Source of the DNA: Lama glama
Lineage: Eukaryota
Assembly: GCA_028534125.1 (NCBI GenBank)
Contig: CM052822.1
Location: 73,966,001 to 74,030,000, forward strand
Direction: 5' to 3'
DNA: 64,000 nucleotides
Made by a program: the position numbers and the translations under genes. Below, one piece after another: positions 33,610 to 45,700 of this stretch. The notes beneath the pieces are model-generated. The model was given only the letters and a program-made list of their open reading frames with translations, was not told the DNA's origin and did not search any database. Every line of letters starts with the position of its first letter. The first letter of the stretch is position 1.

Positions 33610-34189
33610 GAGGTCTGGTCACTGCCGAGCATTAGTGCCCAGGGCCAGGGCTCAGCTCGGGGGAGCTCCCAGGGACTGAGGCCTCAGGAGGGCCCGCATG
33701 CTGCTGTGGGGGCTGCTACCACTGCTTCCCCTGCTCATGGTAAAACCCGGCCAAGCGCTGGACTAAGAGGAGTTTGGGACCACTCCCCATCCTGCCTCCA
33801 GGCTGTCCCCTTCCTGCCAGAGCTGAGAGTCCTTGGGCTGCACGGGGAGGGGGAAGAGTCCCAGGCCCCCGCTCTGTCCGCTCCCTTTGCCCGGTCCCTC
33901 CCCAACCCCTCTCCCAACCCTGCCGAGTCTCCCCCTCTACCTGACAGCCTAAAGGTGTCCAGACCGTAGCTGCAGGAAATGTTTGCAAAACACTGTTAGG
34001 GAGTGAGAATGGGGACCCACACCAGGGTTTGTCCCGCACCCATGCGAGGACCTCACTCCCCTCCACTGACTCCCAACACGCCTCTCACAGCCCTGGGAGA
34101 AGGAGCCCACCCTTTGAGCTGACCCCACAAATCCACGGTCCCCATTCTGGGAACAACGTCCCTTCTTCCTGCTCCACTGATGGAGTAGA

Positions 34190-34195
34190 AATAAA
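34190..34195 (+). terminator. ABCB8: Probable ABCB8 polyadenylation signal AATAAA
   Basis: First canonical hexamer seen after the stop, about 580 nt downstream. Confidence 0.65.
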
Positions 34196-36389
34196 TTTCT
34201 CTAGACCTTGTCCTCCCCCTGCTAAATGGGACGTGCGCCTGACATGCCCCCTGGCCTTGGGGAGGGGAGGGCGGGGTGGGCAGCTGTGGAGCTGTGGTCG
34301 GTTCCAGGAGAAGCTCCCTGGAGCCAGGCTGTCTCACCACTGCCCCAGCCCTGTGAACCTCGAGTCTGTCCCCTGCAGAGATTGTGAACCACCCTCCCCG
34401 CCCCGTGTGAGGACACTTACCTCTGAAGGGGACAGAGGAGGACACACACCCTAAACTCCAGCCATGGGGGGACATTCAGTGCTAAAAGTCACCAAACCAC
34501 TAAGGAGCAGTTGATGCTAAGCTCCACGGGCTGACAAAATCCAAAATCAGTCCACAACCAGGAGGGGTCACTGCCAGATCAGCCTCCCAGGAGTGGTCAT
34601 GGAGGTTCCCTGGAGCAGGTGGGACCAGAGCCTCACCTTGAAAGAGGATGGGCCAACCTCCTAGGTAGCACGGGCCCGTGGTGCCAAAGCTAATGGGGTG
34701 GGGCTAGACTCCCGTCAGCTTCTGGGGACCTAGGAGCAGCCAGGGTTTCCCACCAGCCACGGTCGACTCCCAGAACCGGTAACCCCTCCTGCCTTGATTC
34801 TGCTCATGTCACTTCCCACCAGGAACCCTTCCCCCGTCACAGCCATGTCCAGGTTGGGGACTCCACTAGTCCTCTCCCTGGCATGAGGAAGAGGGGTTGC
34901 CTGTGCTGGCCCTTTTGGGTTTATCCTGTGGCATAGAAGGGCGATGCCATGTTTTGGGGGCAGCAGCAATGTATGGGACACGCTGGGGCAGCAGCAACTG
35001 GAGGCCAGCCTGGAAGAGGTGGCAGCGGCTCAGGTGTGAGTGCAGGAACCAAGGTTGAGAGTCCCCACAGTCTCTTCTGCATGTGGTTTAGGACCAAACG
35101 CTACTTTAGGGACAGAACACTGGAATTATCCCAGGGCCAAAGCCACCTTGGTTTGATACCTTGCCTTCTTGGTGATGAGAGGTTTTACTCCAGGGCCAGC
35201 TCAGCCCAGGAAGCAGCTCTGGGTTGCTTTGCCACTCAACGCCCCCCCTAGTGAGGGCAGTCAAGGGCAGGCCTCAACTTACCGGCCAAGTCCACACTGG
35301 CCTGCCCTGGCCCCTCCCTCAAGGGAGAGCCAGCAGAGGCCACCTCCTGCTCTACCAGCACCAGCCACAGCCTCCAACCTCCCGAGACACCTTCTGACAC
35401 CAGCTCCTAAGTCTCTCCTTACCTCTTCAGGGCAGCCTCTCCAAATCCTGTACCCCCTTTAGGGACGTAGTGAGATCTATGGCAAGCCCTGAGCTGTAAG
35501 GCCCTGCGGTCAGCCACATACTTGCTATGTGGCTTTAACCTCAACCTTGGCTCCTGTAGCAATTCCACGCAGATCATAAACCCAGCTGTACTTAATTTTG
35601 AGAGCTTGTTTTAAGAATTTAAACAATCTGAGGTAAGGTACTTAAAACTCACAGTGCTACAGCCTCAGAAGCTGGTGACAGCTGCAATAAACCCTGTTAT
35701 TCACGCCTTCAAGATGTGTTCATTAAGTACCTACCATGTGCACTGCGCCTGCGCAGGGGATGAGGCCATCCCTGCCCCCGTGGAACCTGTGGTCTCATCG
35801 GGAGGATGGACAGGAGGCCAGGCAACCGCAGCAGCACAGTGTCATCAAAATTCGGTTTGTGAACTATGTCATCCCTTCCACTCAACTGCCAAGAGCCCGC
35901 CAACATGAACCCTTAACCTCAAATGCTTTGTGGAAGGAGATAGATTAGAAATAAGTTTCAGTAAATAAATTAGTGGAAATAAACCTGCCTTACCTCAGGT
36001 TGCAGTGTAGCATCTCCCAGGTCCACAGGGGCAGGTCAGTGTGCAACCAAAAGCGCAGGGCTTTACCCTGACAAGCAGTCCTGATTGTCCATGACAGCTA
36101 CCATCCTCAGCTGCCCACTGTGCCCTGCACATTGGATCAGCAAGATACCCGAGTCCCACTTCAGGCCAGTTGGCACTAACCTTGCAGGCGGCAGCTCTGC
36201 TTTCTGGAGGTGTCTGCTCCAACCGCTGAGGGTCCTCCCCCTGCCCAACCCATCGTCTCCTCCGGAACATCTGAGCCATCTTCAGTCAAATACCCCGGCT
36301 CTGCCCTCTCCAGGCCAGCGTTGCCTCACCGTGCTAGGCGCTGTGGCCCAGAGCCCTCCAGCTTGTTCAGGGGCACAGTGTCTCTTACT

Positions 36390-36770
36390 TTAGAGAAGTC
36401 CGAGTGCAAAACAGGCATACCCCGACTACTGATGGGAGTGCAAAGTGGGGTAGCCCCTAGGACGGGGAATTTTGTGGTCTCTATCAAATTCCCTGTGCAG
36501 TTCCCTCTTCTTGACCCGGCAGCTCTATTTCTGGGAGTTTACGTCTGTGCAACGGTATTAGAGCACCACTGTTTGTAATGGAAGACTGGAAACTCCCAAT
36601 GTCCATCCATAGGGGTGCAGTTATATAAACGATGGTACTTCCACATAAATGAAATGGTATTGAACCATTTAAAACACGGGGAAGCATCCCAGGTACTGGA
36701 TATGACGTGATCCCTGGAATATGCTGCTAAGTGAAAAAAGATATGAGATCATAGAACATTCATGTTACCT
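36390..36770 (+). mobile_element. Ancient LINE-1 (L1ME-like) fragment between ABCB8 and ASIC3
   Basis: TTGACCCGGCAGCTCTATTTCTGGGA...CACTGTTTGTAAT...CAATGTCCATC...GCTAAGTGAAAAAAG pattern. Confidence 0.55.
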
Positions 36771-37744
36771 GGGACGGTTGCACGTGGGCACCCATGTTAT
36801 AGCTGGAGGGTGGTAGGTGAGCCCACCGTCACTGTGGCAGAGGCCAGCCTCCAAGACAGGAGGGCCTGAGCATGGGGAGGTGGGAAAGAGGGTCACTAGA
36901 GACACCACTGCTGGACATGGGGCCTGAAGAGTCTGTCTGTCATGTAGGCTGGGATGCTAGGGGCTCAGAAAGAAGAGTCTGTTGATGCCAAACTTCCCAC
37001 ACTTTCCAGCCTGGTCACGAGCCAGCTTCGCTCTTTGTGAAAGAGCAAGTGATCCCAAGTGAGGTTAGTGGGAAGGGAGGAGAGGGGGGAGGGGGGAGGG
37101 GCTGGGCCAAAGGCCAGCGACTGACCCTCGGGCCTGACATACAGGGGCTGTAGTTGGGAACCTAGGGGGCCCTGAGGGCACCCCTAGCCCCAGCTTATGT
37201 CTGGGCTCCCCTCAAGCCCTCCCCAAGATTGCTGTGGTTTCCTGCTGGCGCCTTTGGTCTCCACAGCCACGGCCCCCCCACACTGCACTAATGGCTCAGC
37301 CTGGGGCCCCAGGGACCTCCCCTGCCCCCCCCAGACTGCTCTGCCGGCCCCCTTGCTCCCTCACTGCTGAAACTCAATCCTCTGCGGCAGCTCAGGCTCA
37401 GCAGAGCAGCCTCCAGCAGAGCGGCCCCGCTAGCCACATCGGCTGCACCCTACCTGATCTCTGCTGCGGAGCGCTCACACCCAGCGCCGCGCCCAGCTGA
37501 GCCACAGCCCGGTCCTGGAGGAGGTCAAGTGGGACCCGCTAGGCTGCCACAGCCAGTCTCGCCAGGCCAGTGCCTCCCCACCTCTCCGCCCTCTCCTCTC
37601 CTTGCCTCACACCTGCAGTGACCCCTGCCTGACCCTCCAAATCCCCTTCTCAGCCCTAGTCCTCCAACCCACCCTCTCTCCTCCTCCTAAGCCCCTGTAT
37701 CCTGGTCTCCCAGCCCTCCCAGTCCCCCACCCCGGGCTCCAGCC

Positions 37745-40700
37745 ATGAAGCCCCCCTCAGGGCCGGAGGAGGCCCAGCGGCCTGCCTCAGACATCTGCGT
37801 GTTCGCCAGCAGCTGCACGATGCACGGGCTGGGCCATGTCTTTGGCCCGGGGGGCCTGACCCTGCGCCGGGGGCTGTGGGCTGCAGCCGTTCTCCTGTCG
37901 CTGGCCACCTTCCTCTACCAGGTGGCGGAGAGGGTGTGCTACTACAGGGAGTTCCACCACGAGACAGCCCTGGAGGAGCACGAGAGCTACCGGCTCACCT
38001 TCCCAGCCGTCACCCTGTGCAACATCAACCCGCTGCGCCGCTCACGCCTCACACCCAACGACCTGCACTGGGCCGGGCCGGTGCTGCTGGGCCTGGACCC
38101 CGCCGAACACGCCGCCTACCTGCGCGCCCTGGGCCGGCCCCCCACGCCGCCCGGCTTCATGCCCAGCCCCACCTTCGACCTGGCCCGGCTCTATGCCCGG
38201 GCCGGGCATGCCCTCGAGGACATGCTGCTGGACTGTCGCTACCGCGGTTGGCCATGCGGGCCAGAGAACTTCACCACGGTGAGCTGGCCACCGACCTCTC
38301 CAGCCGGGGACCTGGGACCCACAATCCCAGGTCTTGCTGGCCCAGGCTCCCTCAAAGCCAGGGAACCTTAACACCTGTGCTGTTGGGTCCTTTCCTTCCC
38401 AGTCAGGCCATGACCTCCCACGGCCTTTCTGTTCAGCCCAGGAAGCTGTCCTCCTTGGGCCCCGCCCTGCCACTCAGCTGGATGGCAGTGTGCAAAGTTG
38501 CACCTCCCAGCAAGGGGCACTCACCCAGGCTGGCTCTGGGCCCAAGGTCTAGTCTGTAGAGACCCTGCTTTTGGGGCGTGGGGGGTAACTGGTGTTCTAG
38601 GGCAGGAGACCCCCCTCTGCCAGGGGGAAGGGGCTTGTCTGCTTCCTCAACATTTGGCCAGACCTGGAAGATGGTAACTGGGACCTTCATCCTTTGACAC
38701 CTGTCTCTGAAGAAATGCTTGGCCTATAGGCTGCGCCCTGGGCTGGGAGTGGAGGGGAGAAGCTGAGTGATGGGAGCCCATGAGGGTCCTAATACATGTG
38801 CCTGTAAGAGGGAGGGTCGGGGGCAGTAAGAGGTGGACTCCAGTGTTCAAAGAAGAGACCCAAATAGAGAGAGGATGGGGAGGGAAAATGTCCCACGGTC
38901 CTCGTGTTGGCCCAGGGGAAAGAGCTGGCGGGGCTCCTTGTTCCTGGGTGAGATCTGTCATCTGTCTTTCCACCCCCAGATCTTCACCCGGATGGGACAG
39001 TGCTACACCTTTAACTCCGGCGCCGAGGGGACGGAGCTTCTCACCACTCCCAAAGGCGGCATGGGGAACGGGCTGGAGATCATGCTGGACGTGCAGCAGG
39101 ATGAGTATCTGCCCGTGTGGAGGGACATGGGTATGGGAGCACACGTGTGAGGCTGGGGGTGCACAGCTCGGGTGGCTCTGGGAAGGAGGGGGGGATGGTG
39201 AGGGCCCCCAAAGGCTGTCCTTCCTTGTGAGGAGAAAGCAGGGTTAGCTGGTCACAGTCCTAGGGAAAAGGGGCTGCAGCAGAGGGTCTCCTGGGACTCG
39301 AGCCTCAGGGTCCCACTTCCACTGCAGAGGAGACCCCATTTGAGGTGGGGGTCCGAGTACAGATCCACAGCCAGGAGGAGCCGCCACTCATTGACCAGCT
39401 GGGCTTCGGGGCAGCCCCTGGCTACCAGACTTTTGTGTCCTGCCAGAAGCAACAAGTATCCTCACTGGTGCCTCCCAAGCCCCAGGCTCCCAAACCCCTC
39501 CTCAGCCCACACCACCTTAGACCCCAACCGCCAGCTCCTCAAACCTGTTCCAGTGACCTCACATCCTCCCCAGGCCCACGCTTCTCCCAGAGCCTCCTTA
39601 ACACATCCCTCTACAGCTGAGCTTCCTACCGCCGCCCTGGGGTGATTGCAGCTCTGTACCTCTGGACCCTGACTTTGAGCTAGAACTCTCTGGTCCTCTG
39701 GGTCCCTCCAGTCCCAGCCCAGGCCCCAGCCCTCCATATAGTCTAATGGGGTGTCGCCTGGCCTGCGAGACACGCTATGTGGCTCGTAAGTGCGGCTGCC
39801 GAATGATGCACATGCCTGGTAAGGGGCTGGGAGCAGCAGAGGAAGAGGGCCAGGGGTGAGGGTAGAGAGGCCTGGGGGTCCACTGCTGAAGCTGTCTCCT
39901 CTGCTCCCCGCCCCAGGCGGCGTGCCAGTGTGCAGCCCCCAGCAGTATAAGGACTGTGCCAGCCCAGTGCTGGGTAAGCAGCAGGCCTCCCCAGCATCCT
40001 GTCCCCAGTCCGCTTGGCCCGCGACCCCAACCCCGACCCCGCAGGGCGTGCAGCCTTGACCGGGCGCCTGTGGCCTGCAGACGCCATGCTGCGGAAGGAC
40101 GCGTGCACCTGCCCCAGCCCCTGCGCCAGCACGCGCTACGCCAAGGAGCTCTCCATGGTGCGGATCCCCAGCCGCGCCTCCGCCCGCTACCTGGCCCAGA
40201 AACACAACCGCAGCGAGGCCTACATCACGTGAGCCGGGTCGAGGGGCTGGGGGCCGGGCCGGCACCCTCCTCCGGGTCCAGCCTCCATTCGCAAACCCGG
40301 GTGGGACACCAGTCTGTCCATTTTCACGGGGCTCAGGGACTCTGGGCAAGCTGCTTAACATCTCTGACGTCTCTTCTGAAAAGGGGGACGGTGACACCCC
40401 TCCCCAGAGCTCATGAAAGGACCAGAGAACAGGGCACCTGTTTCTGCAGGCAGCTGGCACTAGGCAAACGCTCTCGGACTCCCTTCCTCCAGGGAGAATG
40501 TGCTGGTGCTGGACATCTTCTTTGAAGCCCTCAACTATGAGACGGTGGAGCAGAAAAAGGCCTATGAAGTGTCTGCCCTGCTTGGTGTGTATGTGTGTGT
40601 GTGTGTGCACCCTGCAGTCTAGGGAGGTGTGGACAGAAAGCACCTGTGAGCTGACAGGTGACCCTGTCTCCGCAGGTGACATTGGCGGCCAGATGGGGCT

Positions 40701-41362
40701 GTTCATTGGGGCCAGCCTGCTCACTATCCTTGAGATCTTGGACTTCCTCTGTGAGGTGGGCCTGGGTCCCAGCCTGGGGTGAGAGGTGGGCAGAATCAAG
40801 CCACAGGATCCAGGGGGAAGGCATGCACTGGCCACCTCCACCACTGCTCACCCCCAGGTGTTCCGGGACAGAGTCCTGGGATACTTTTGGAACCGGAAGC
40901 GCTCCCAAAGGCACTCCAGCACCAATCTGGTAACAGCCCCCTCCTTCTGCCCTGCCATCTCCACTGTGGGTGCTCAGCCCCTCCCCCTGAAGCGTAGACC
41001 ACCATTCCTACCCAGCTGAGAAAAAAAGTGGTGGGGGAGGGCACAGTTTCCTTGGCTAGTCTCTCCCAGCCTCTGACCCTCTCCCTCCTCCCACAGCTTC
41101 AGGAAGGGCTGGGCAGCCATCGAACCCAAGTTCCCCACCTCAGCCTGGGCCCCAGGTAACAAGAAATGCCCCATAAAGTCAAGGGAGGAGGGGCAGGTCC
41201 CAACCAGAGGGTGAAGTTTAGGTCTGGGAGGACAGGGGCAGGAGCAGGGCTGTGTCCCAGTGCTGTGGTCTGTGTCTCACCAGGCCTCCCACCACTCCCT
41301 GTGCTGTCACCAAGCCTCTCTCTGCCTCCCACCACACCTGCTACCTCGTCACCCGGCTCTAG
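37745..41362 (+). CDS. ASIC3: Acid-sensing ion channel 3 (DEG/ENaC family), 11 coding exons, 533 aa
   Basis: Exons 37745-38278, 38980-39130, 39328-39455, 39617-39818, 39917-39973, 40081-40228, 40493-40584, 40676-40755, 40858-40929, 41097-41155, 41284-41362 total 1602 nt. HG motif, FPAVTLCN, Cys-rich thumb, TM2 [14 protein letters not shown] and C-terminal PDZ ligand VTRL. Confidence 0.96.
39456..39616 (+). other. ASIC3: U12-type GT-AG intron (ASIC3 intron 3)
   Basis: Donor GTATCCTC, branch TCCTTAAC at 39595-39602, acceptor CAG at 39614-39616. Confidence 0.88.
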
Positions 41363-41444
41363 ACTGGATGTCTGTATCTTCGGGGCCCCACCCCAACATC
41401 CAGGATGTGGCCAGCTTGCATGCGTCTTTGCTCTCTTCATCCCA

Positions 41445-41450
41445 AATAAA
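41445..41450 (+). terminator. ASIC3: ASIC3 polyadenylation signal AATAAA
   Basis: Canonical hexamer about 80 nt after the TAG. Confidence 0.8.
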
Positions 41451-42744
41451 GTTCTAGTACATCAGCCTCAGCGGTCCCTCTTACAGGCAGGCTAGCCCGG
41501 CCAAAGTCCACCCTGCTCAGGCACAAGGCCTCTGCCAGCCATCATCCAACGACGTGATGCCTGAAATGCCAACCAGCAGAAATCTGTCTTTGAGAGAAGA
41601 GTAGTAAGACAGCATGCAGTCAGTGCACCTCAGTGTGAATGAATCTGTCAAACCAGCATCTCAGAGAGAGCGGAGATCAGAGCCAGGCGTGAAGGCAGGG
41701 AGGAGGCAGTGGTAGGACAATCACGTTGCGGGTCCTACAAGGGAAGAGCTGGAGAAAGAATCTGATCCAGAGCCAGGAAGACTTGGGGGAGCAGGCGGGG
41801 AGAAAACAGGGGCACTAGCCCACTTCCAAGAACACAAGCTGTGGTCCTGTCTCAGGAGATCATGACTCTTTTTCTCACATTTGGGACCAAGCGCCAGCTT
41901 GCCCACCCCTCTCCATGGGAACCAGTCTTGCTTCCCCAGCCTCTCTGCAAGAGAAGGCCCCAGCCTGAGACGGGGAGAGGAGGCATTCCCTTCCCACTCC
42001 TGCCAGTAAGGACACATCCAGGCCCAGCCATGGCCCACTTTCCCACTCTTTCTCTGCATCCTAACTATTGGAAAAGGACAAGTAAGGGAACAGGGGAGGG
42101 GGTGTTCCTACCCACATCTCTGGGTCTCTCCTGCAGGCTCAGGTGTAGGGGGATGAAGAGGGAAGAGGTGGGGCAGGCACACGTGGGATAAAGAGAACCA
42201 CAAAAAAAGGCCCGGCTCTTTTCTCCCAATTCTGGTGGAAGCCCATCGCTGCTCTCAGACACTGGCGGTCTAACCCCTCAGGACCCGCCCTCCTGGGCAG
42301 AGGAGAAAGGGACATGCATGAGTGCACAGGCACATGTGTGGGGACAGCACTGCCCCTAAGCCCAGACCATAAAGGGTAAGGGTCAGAGCCTCCACCCTCC
42401 AGCTTCCAGCCCGTCACTTAGAGTGGCTGAGCCAGGACCAGACAGTTGGGTTGTGTTTGGACTGGAAGCAGGGCTGCAGAGGGAGAGGAGACGAAGCAGA
42501 GATTCCCCAACCCAGGCCCCACCCCCAAGCCACTTTACCACATCAGCCAGACTGTGGGAAAGGAGCCAATTTATGAAATTAAATAAAGTCCATGGAGGGC
42601 GTGAAGAACACGGGTGAGGGCACCTCCATCTTGGCCGGGCCCAGCACAGCTGGAGCTCAGCACACCGTGCATCCCTGCCTTTCCTCCCCTCCCCAGAGGG
42701 GGCTTAAATAGGCCAGGCCCCAGCCTGGTGGCCGAGGCTGGAGC

Positions 42745-45700
42745 CTAGGGAGGGCAGAAGTCGGAGAAGTAGGGGTGCTGCAGGGCCTCTTCTGCTGAGA
42801 TGCGCTGGACGGGGTTACACTTTAGGAGGTTCTGGAAGCAGAGAAGAGGCAGCAGGTTCAGGCCCAGAGCTTCGCACTCCCCGAGTCCCTCCCGACTAGC
42901 GCCCTGCCCTCGGTCACCTGCAGCAGGTCCCTCCCTGTGGCGTTGAGCTTGGGTACAACGTTCACCAGGGACGTTGTGGCCGGGTACATCGGGTAGGGCT
43001 GTAGGGGACAGGGAGACTCAGACTAGGGCTGTGGGGGCAGGGAGGCTGCTAGGGACATGAACTAAGGGGGGGGGGGGCAGAGGTGAACCCCGACCCCCCA
43101 TTCCCCATCACACCTTATAGTCTGGCAGCTTGGTCATGGCAGGCCACTGCTCCTCGGTTGGTGTCCCCAGCAGCGTGTCCACAGGGTCAAGGATCACTCA
43201 GGTGCAAAGGGGCAGGTGAGGGGCTCTTCCCCTCCTGGGTTCCCCACCCTTCTCACTTTATCCCCCAGCTCATGATGGAAGCCGCCCCCCACACCTGCGA
43301 TGCTCATCTTCAGTCCCACCTGTGTGCTGTTTTCGGAGGGCCAGGTGCTTTACAGACGTTAACTACTTTGACCCAAATCCTGACCCAAGACCTGATGTCT
43401 GTGGTCCTAATGAAGCAGTCAGCCCTCCCCTACTTCACTTATCATCCTCCTGTTCCTTTCGACTCCTTTGTCCTTGTTCGGCAGCTCTTAGCTGGAGAAG
43501 TGTGCACTTGGCTTCCTCTGCCAAGAAGCCCTCCTTATCTACAGGCCACACACTCTCCAGCCAGAACCATGCACCTGCCCTGCCCGGTGACAACCAGGGT
43601 GTCTACTACCCTCTGCCCTCAAGAGAAGTCCCCAGGCACCCCCAGTCCTGACCCAGCCCATCACAGCCCTCCCTCCCTGCACTCTAAGCTCCGTGGCTGC
43701 CTACTCCCCTTCCCGAGGGTGTGAGATGAAGGGAGATGGGAGGATATCGGAAGATCCTCTTCAACTGGTCATCTACGTCGTTGCCAGGAAAGAGAGGCCG
43801 CCCCGCGTTGGCCAGCTCTGGGTGAGAGGCGAGGGGACAAGGGGAGGTGACGCAGGAATAACCCCTCTCACCCACGGCACCACCTGTGCCTTCCATCCCC
43901 ATCCCAGAGGCCCCACTCCCTTCCCCAGAGGGGACTCTCCAGACCCCATCTGTCCACTTAAATGGGAGAGAGAGTGCCTCTGCAGACCCCAGCATGTCAC
44001 CTGCGAAGATGCAGCCAGCTGACCACATGTCAATGGACGTGGAGTACAGCTTGGCCCCGAAGAGGACATCCGGTGGGCGGTACCACAGCGTGACCACCTG
44101 GAGAAGACCCCACCCACGGGGACCCCCTAGTTAGTGGGCTTGGGAGGAAAGAGCTCAGAGAGGAGAGGAAAATAATGTTTGGGGTCCTGGAATAGGAGTT
44201 GGGAGACACTCCTTGGGGACTCCCTCCCTCATCCCCAAGTGCCATCCCGCCACTCACCTCAGCTGAGTAACAGCGAACAGGGATCCCAAAGGCTCGAGCC
44301 AAGCCAAAATCAGCCAATTTCAGCTCCCCGTTCTGAGGGCACGGGAAGGGGCGTGGAGGGGCTTTTCAACAGTCTCGGGGCAGGCCACGCGCTCAGGCCC
44401 CGAGCTCCCACCCTCCCGCCCCGCTCCTCACTCCGTGCCAGCCCAGATGTCCGGCCCTCTCCCAGAGAGGTACCCTGTTTATGAGCAGGTTCTGAGGCTT
44501 CAGGTCTCTGTGTAGCACGTTGCGGCTGTGACAGAATCCCAGGCCTTTTAGCAGCTGGAAGAGGAACGACTGGGGGAGGGGCAGGGAGGAGGTCATCAGA
44601 CCCTCCCGATAGGAAGCTCGCCCAGCAATGGAGCACGCGCCCCTCTTCACCCTCTGCTTTGCCCTGAAACCCCCCCGGGCTTTCAGCACCAAGCTCGCAC
44701 GACATCCTTCCTTCACTAATGAGGACCTACTTTGTACTGTGCTGAGTATTCAAAATGAACGGTGATGGGGACCCTGGTCCCCACTTTCTGAAATTGACAG
44801 CTTAGTGGGCCTTCCTCCCTTTCCAGCCTACACTGATCTCTCCCCTTCCTGGCCTCATTTAAACGCGTACATCATTATTATTCAGCACTTGTTTCCCCAG
44901 GAACCTGGGACAAGGCACTTAGTCTTGGACCTAGAACTGTGCCTGATACACAGCAAAGCATTCAGTAAGTATTTGTGGAATGAATGAATGAATGTATCTC
45001 TTGGAACCTCATCTTCCCACTTCTCAAATGTAAACCATATCACTGACATCAGAGTGTTACTGTCAGGTCAAAGAGATCACAAGAAAATGCCCTCTAAGAT
45101 GGAGGTAGTAACAGGGTATTCTCCTTCTCCTACGCCCCGGAGGGGCCCCAGAACTCGGCACTCAGCAAGCACGTTCACTGAATATAGACTCCAATCCCAT
45201 CCTCAAGGAGCTCCCAGAATGCCAGTTCCCTCACCTTCACAATTTCAGGATCTAGGTCACCATTGCAGCTGTCGAAATACTTCTTCAGGTCCTAAAAAGG
45301 GATGGGGGTGGAGGAATGGGACAGCGTTTAACCTCAGTCTGGGTCCCTATACCCTCCCAAGGCTGCTGTCCCTCGAGCCCCTCTTCACCTGGTCACAGAA
45401 CTCAAATACCAAAGTCAGCTTCTTGTCACTATGCAGGACGTCATGGAGCCTAGGGAGAAGGGAGAGCTGAGCCAGTCAGGGCCACAAGTTTGCTCCTAAC
45501 ATTCTGGTATCAGCCCAGCCCATCTCTGAAGCCCCCACCTCCTCCAAATGACCACACAGGCAAGGAGGACCCCACCCATCTACACACCTGACAATGTTCT
45601 TGTGCTTCAGCTCTTTGAGTAGGCAGATTTCCCGAAGGGCTGAGCTTGGCACTCCCTACACATTGGAGGGGACCGGGTGGGCAGCAGTCACATCCCACCC

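Noticed and set aside
39462-40844. 460-aa minus-strand ORF antisense to ASIC3
   Set aside because: Starts at GTG, has low-complexity Pro/Gly/Ser/Ala composition and no recognisable domain. It is best explained as a shadow of GC-rich exons and introns.
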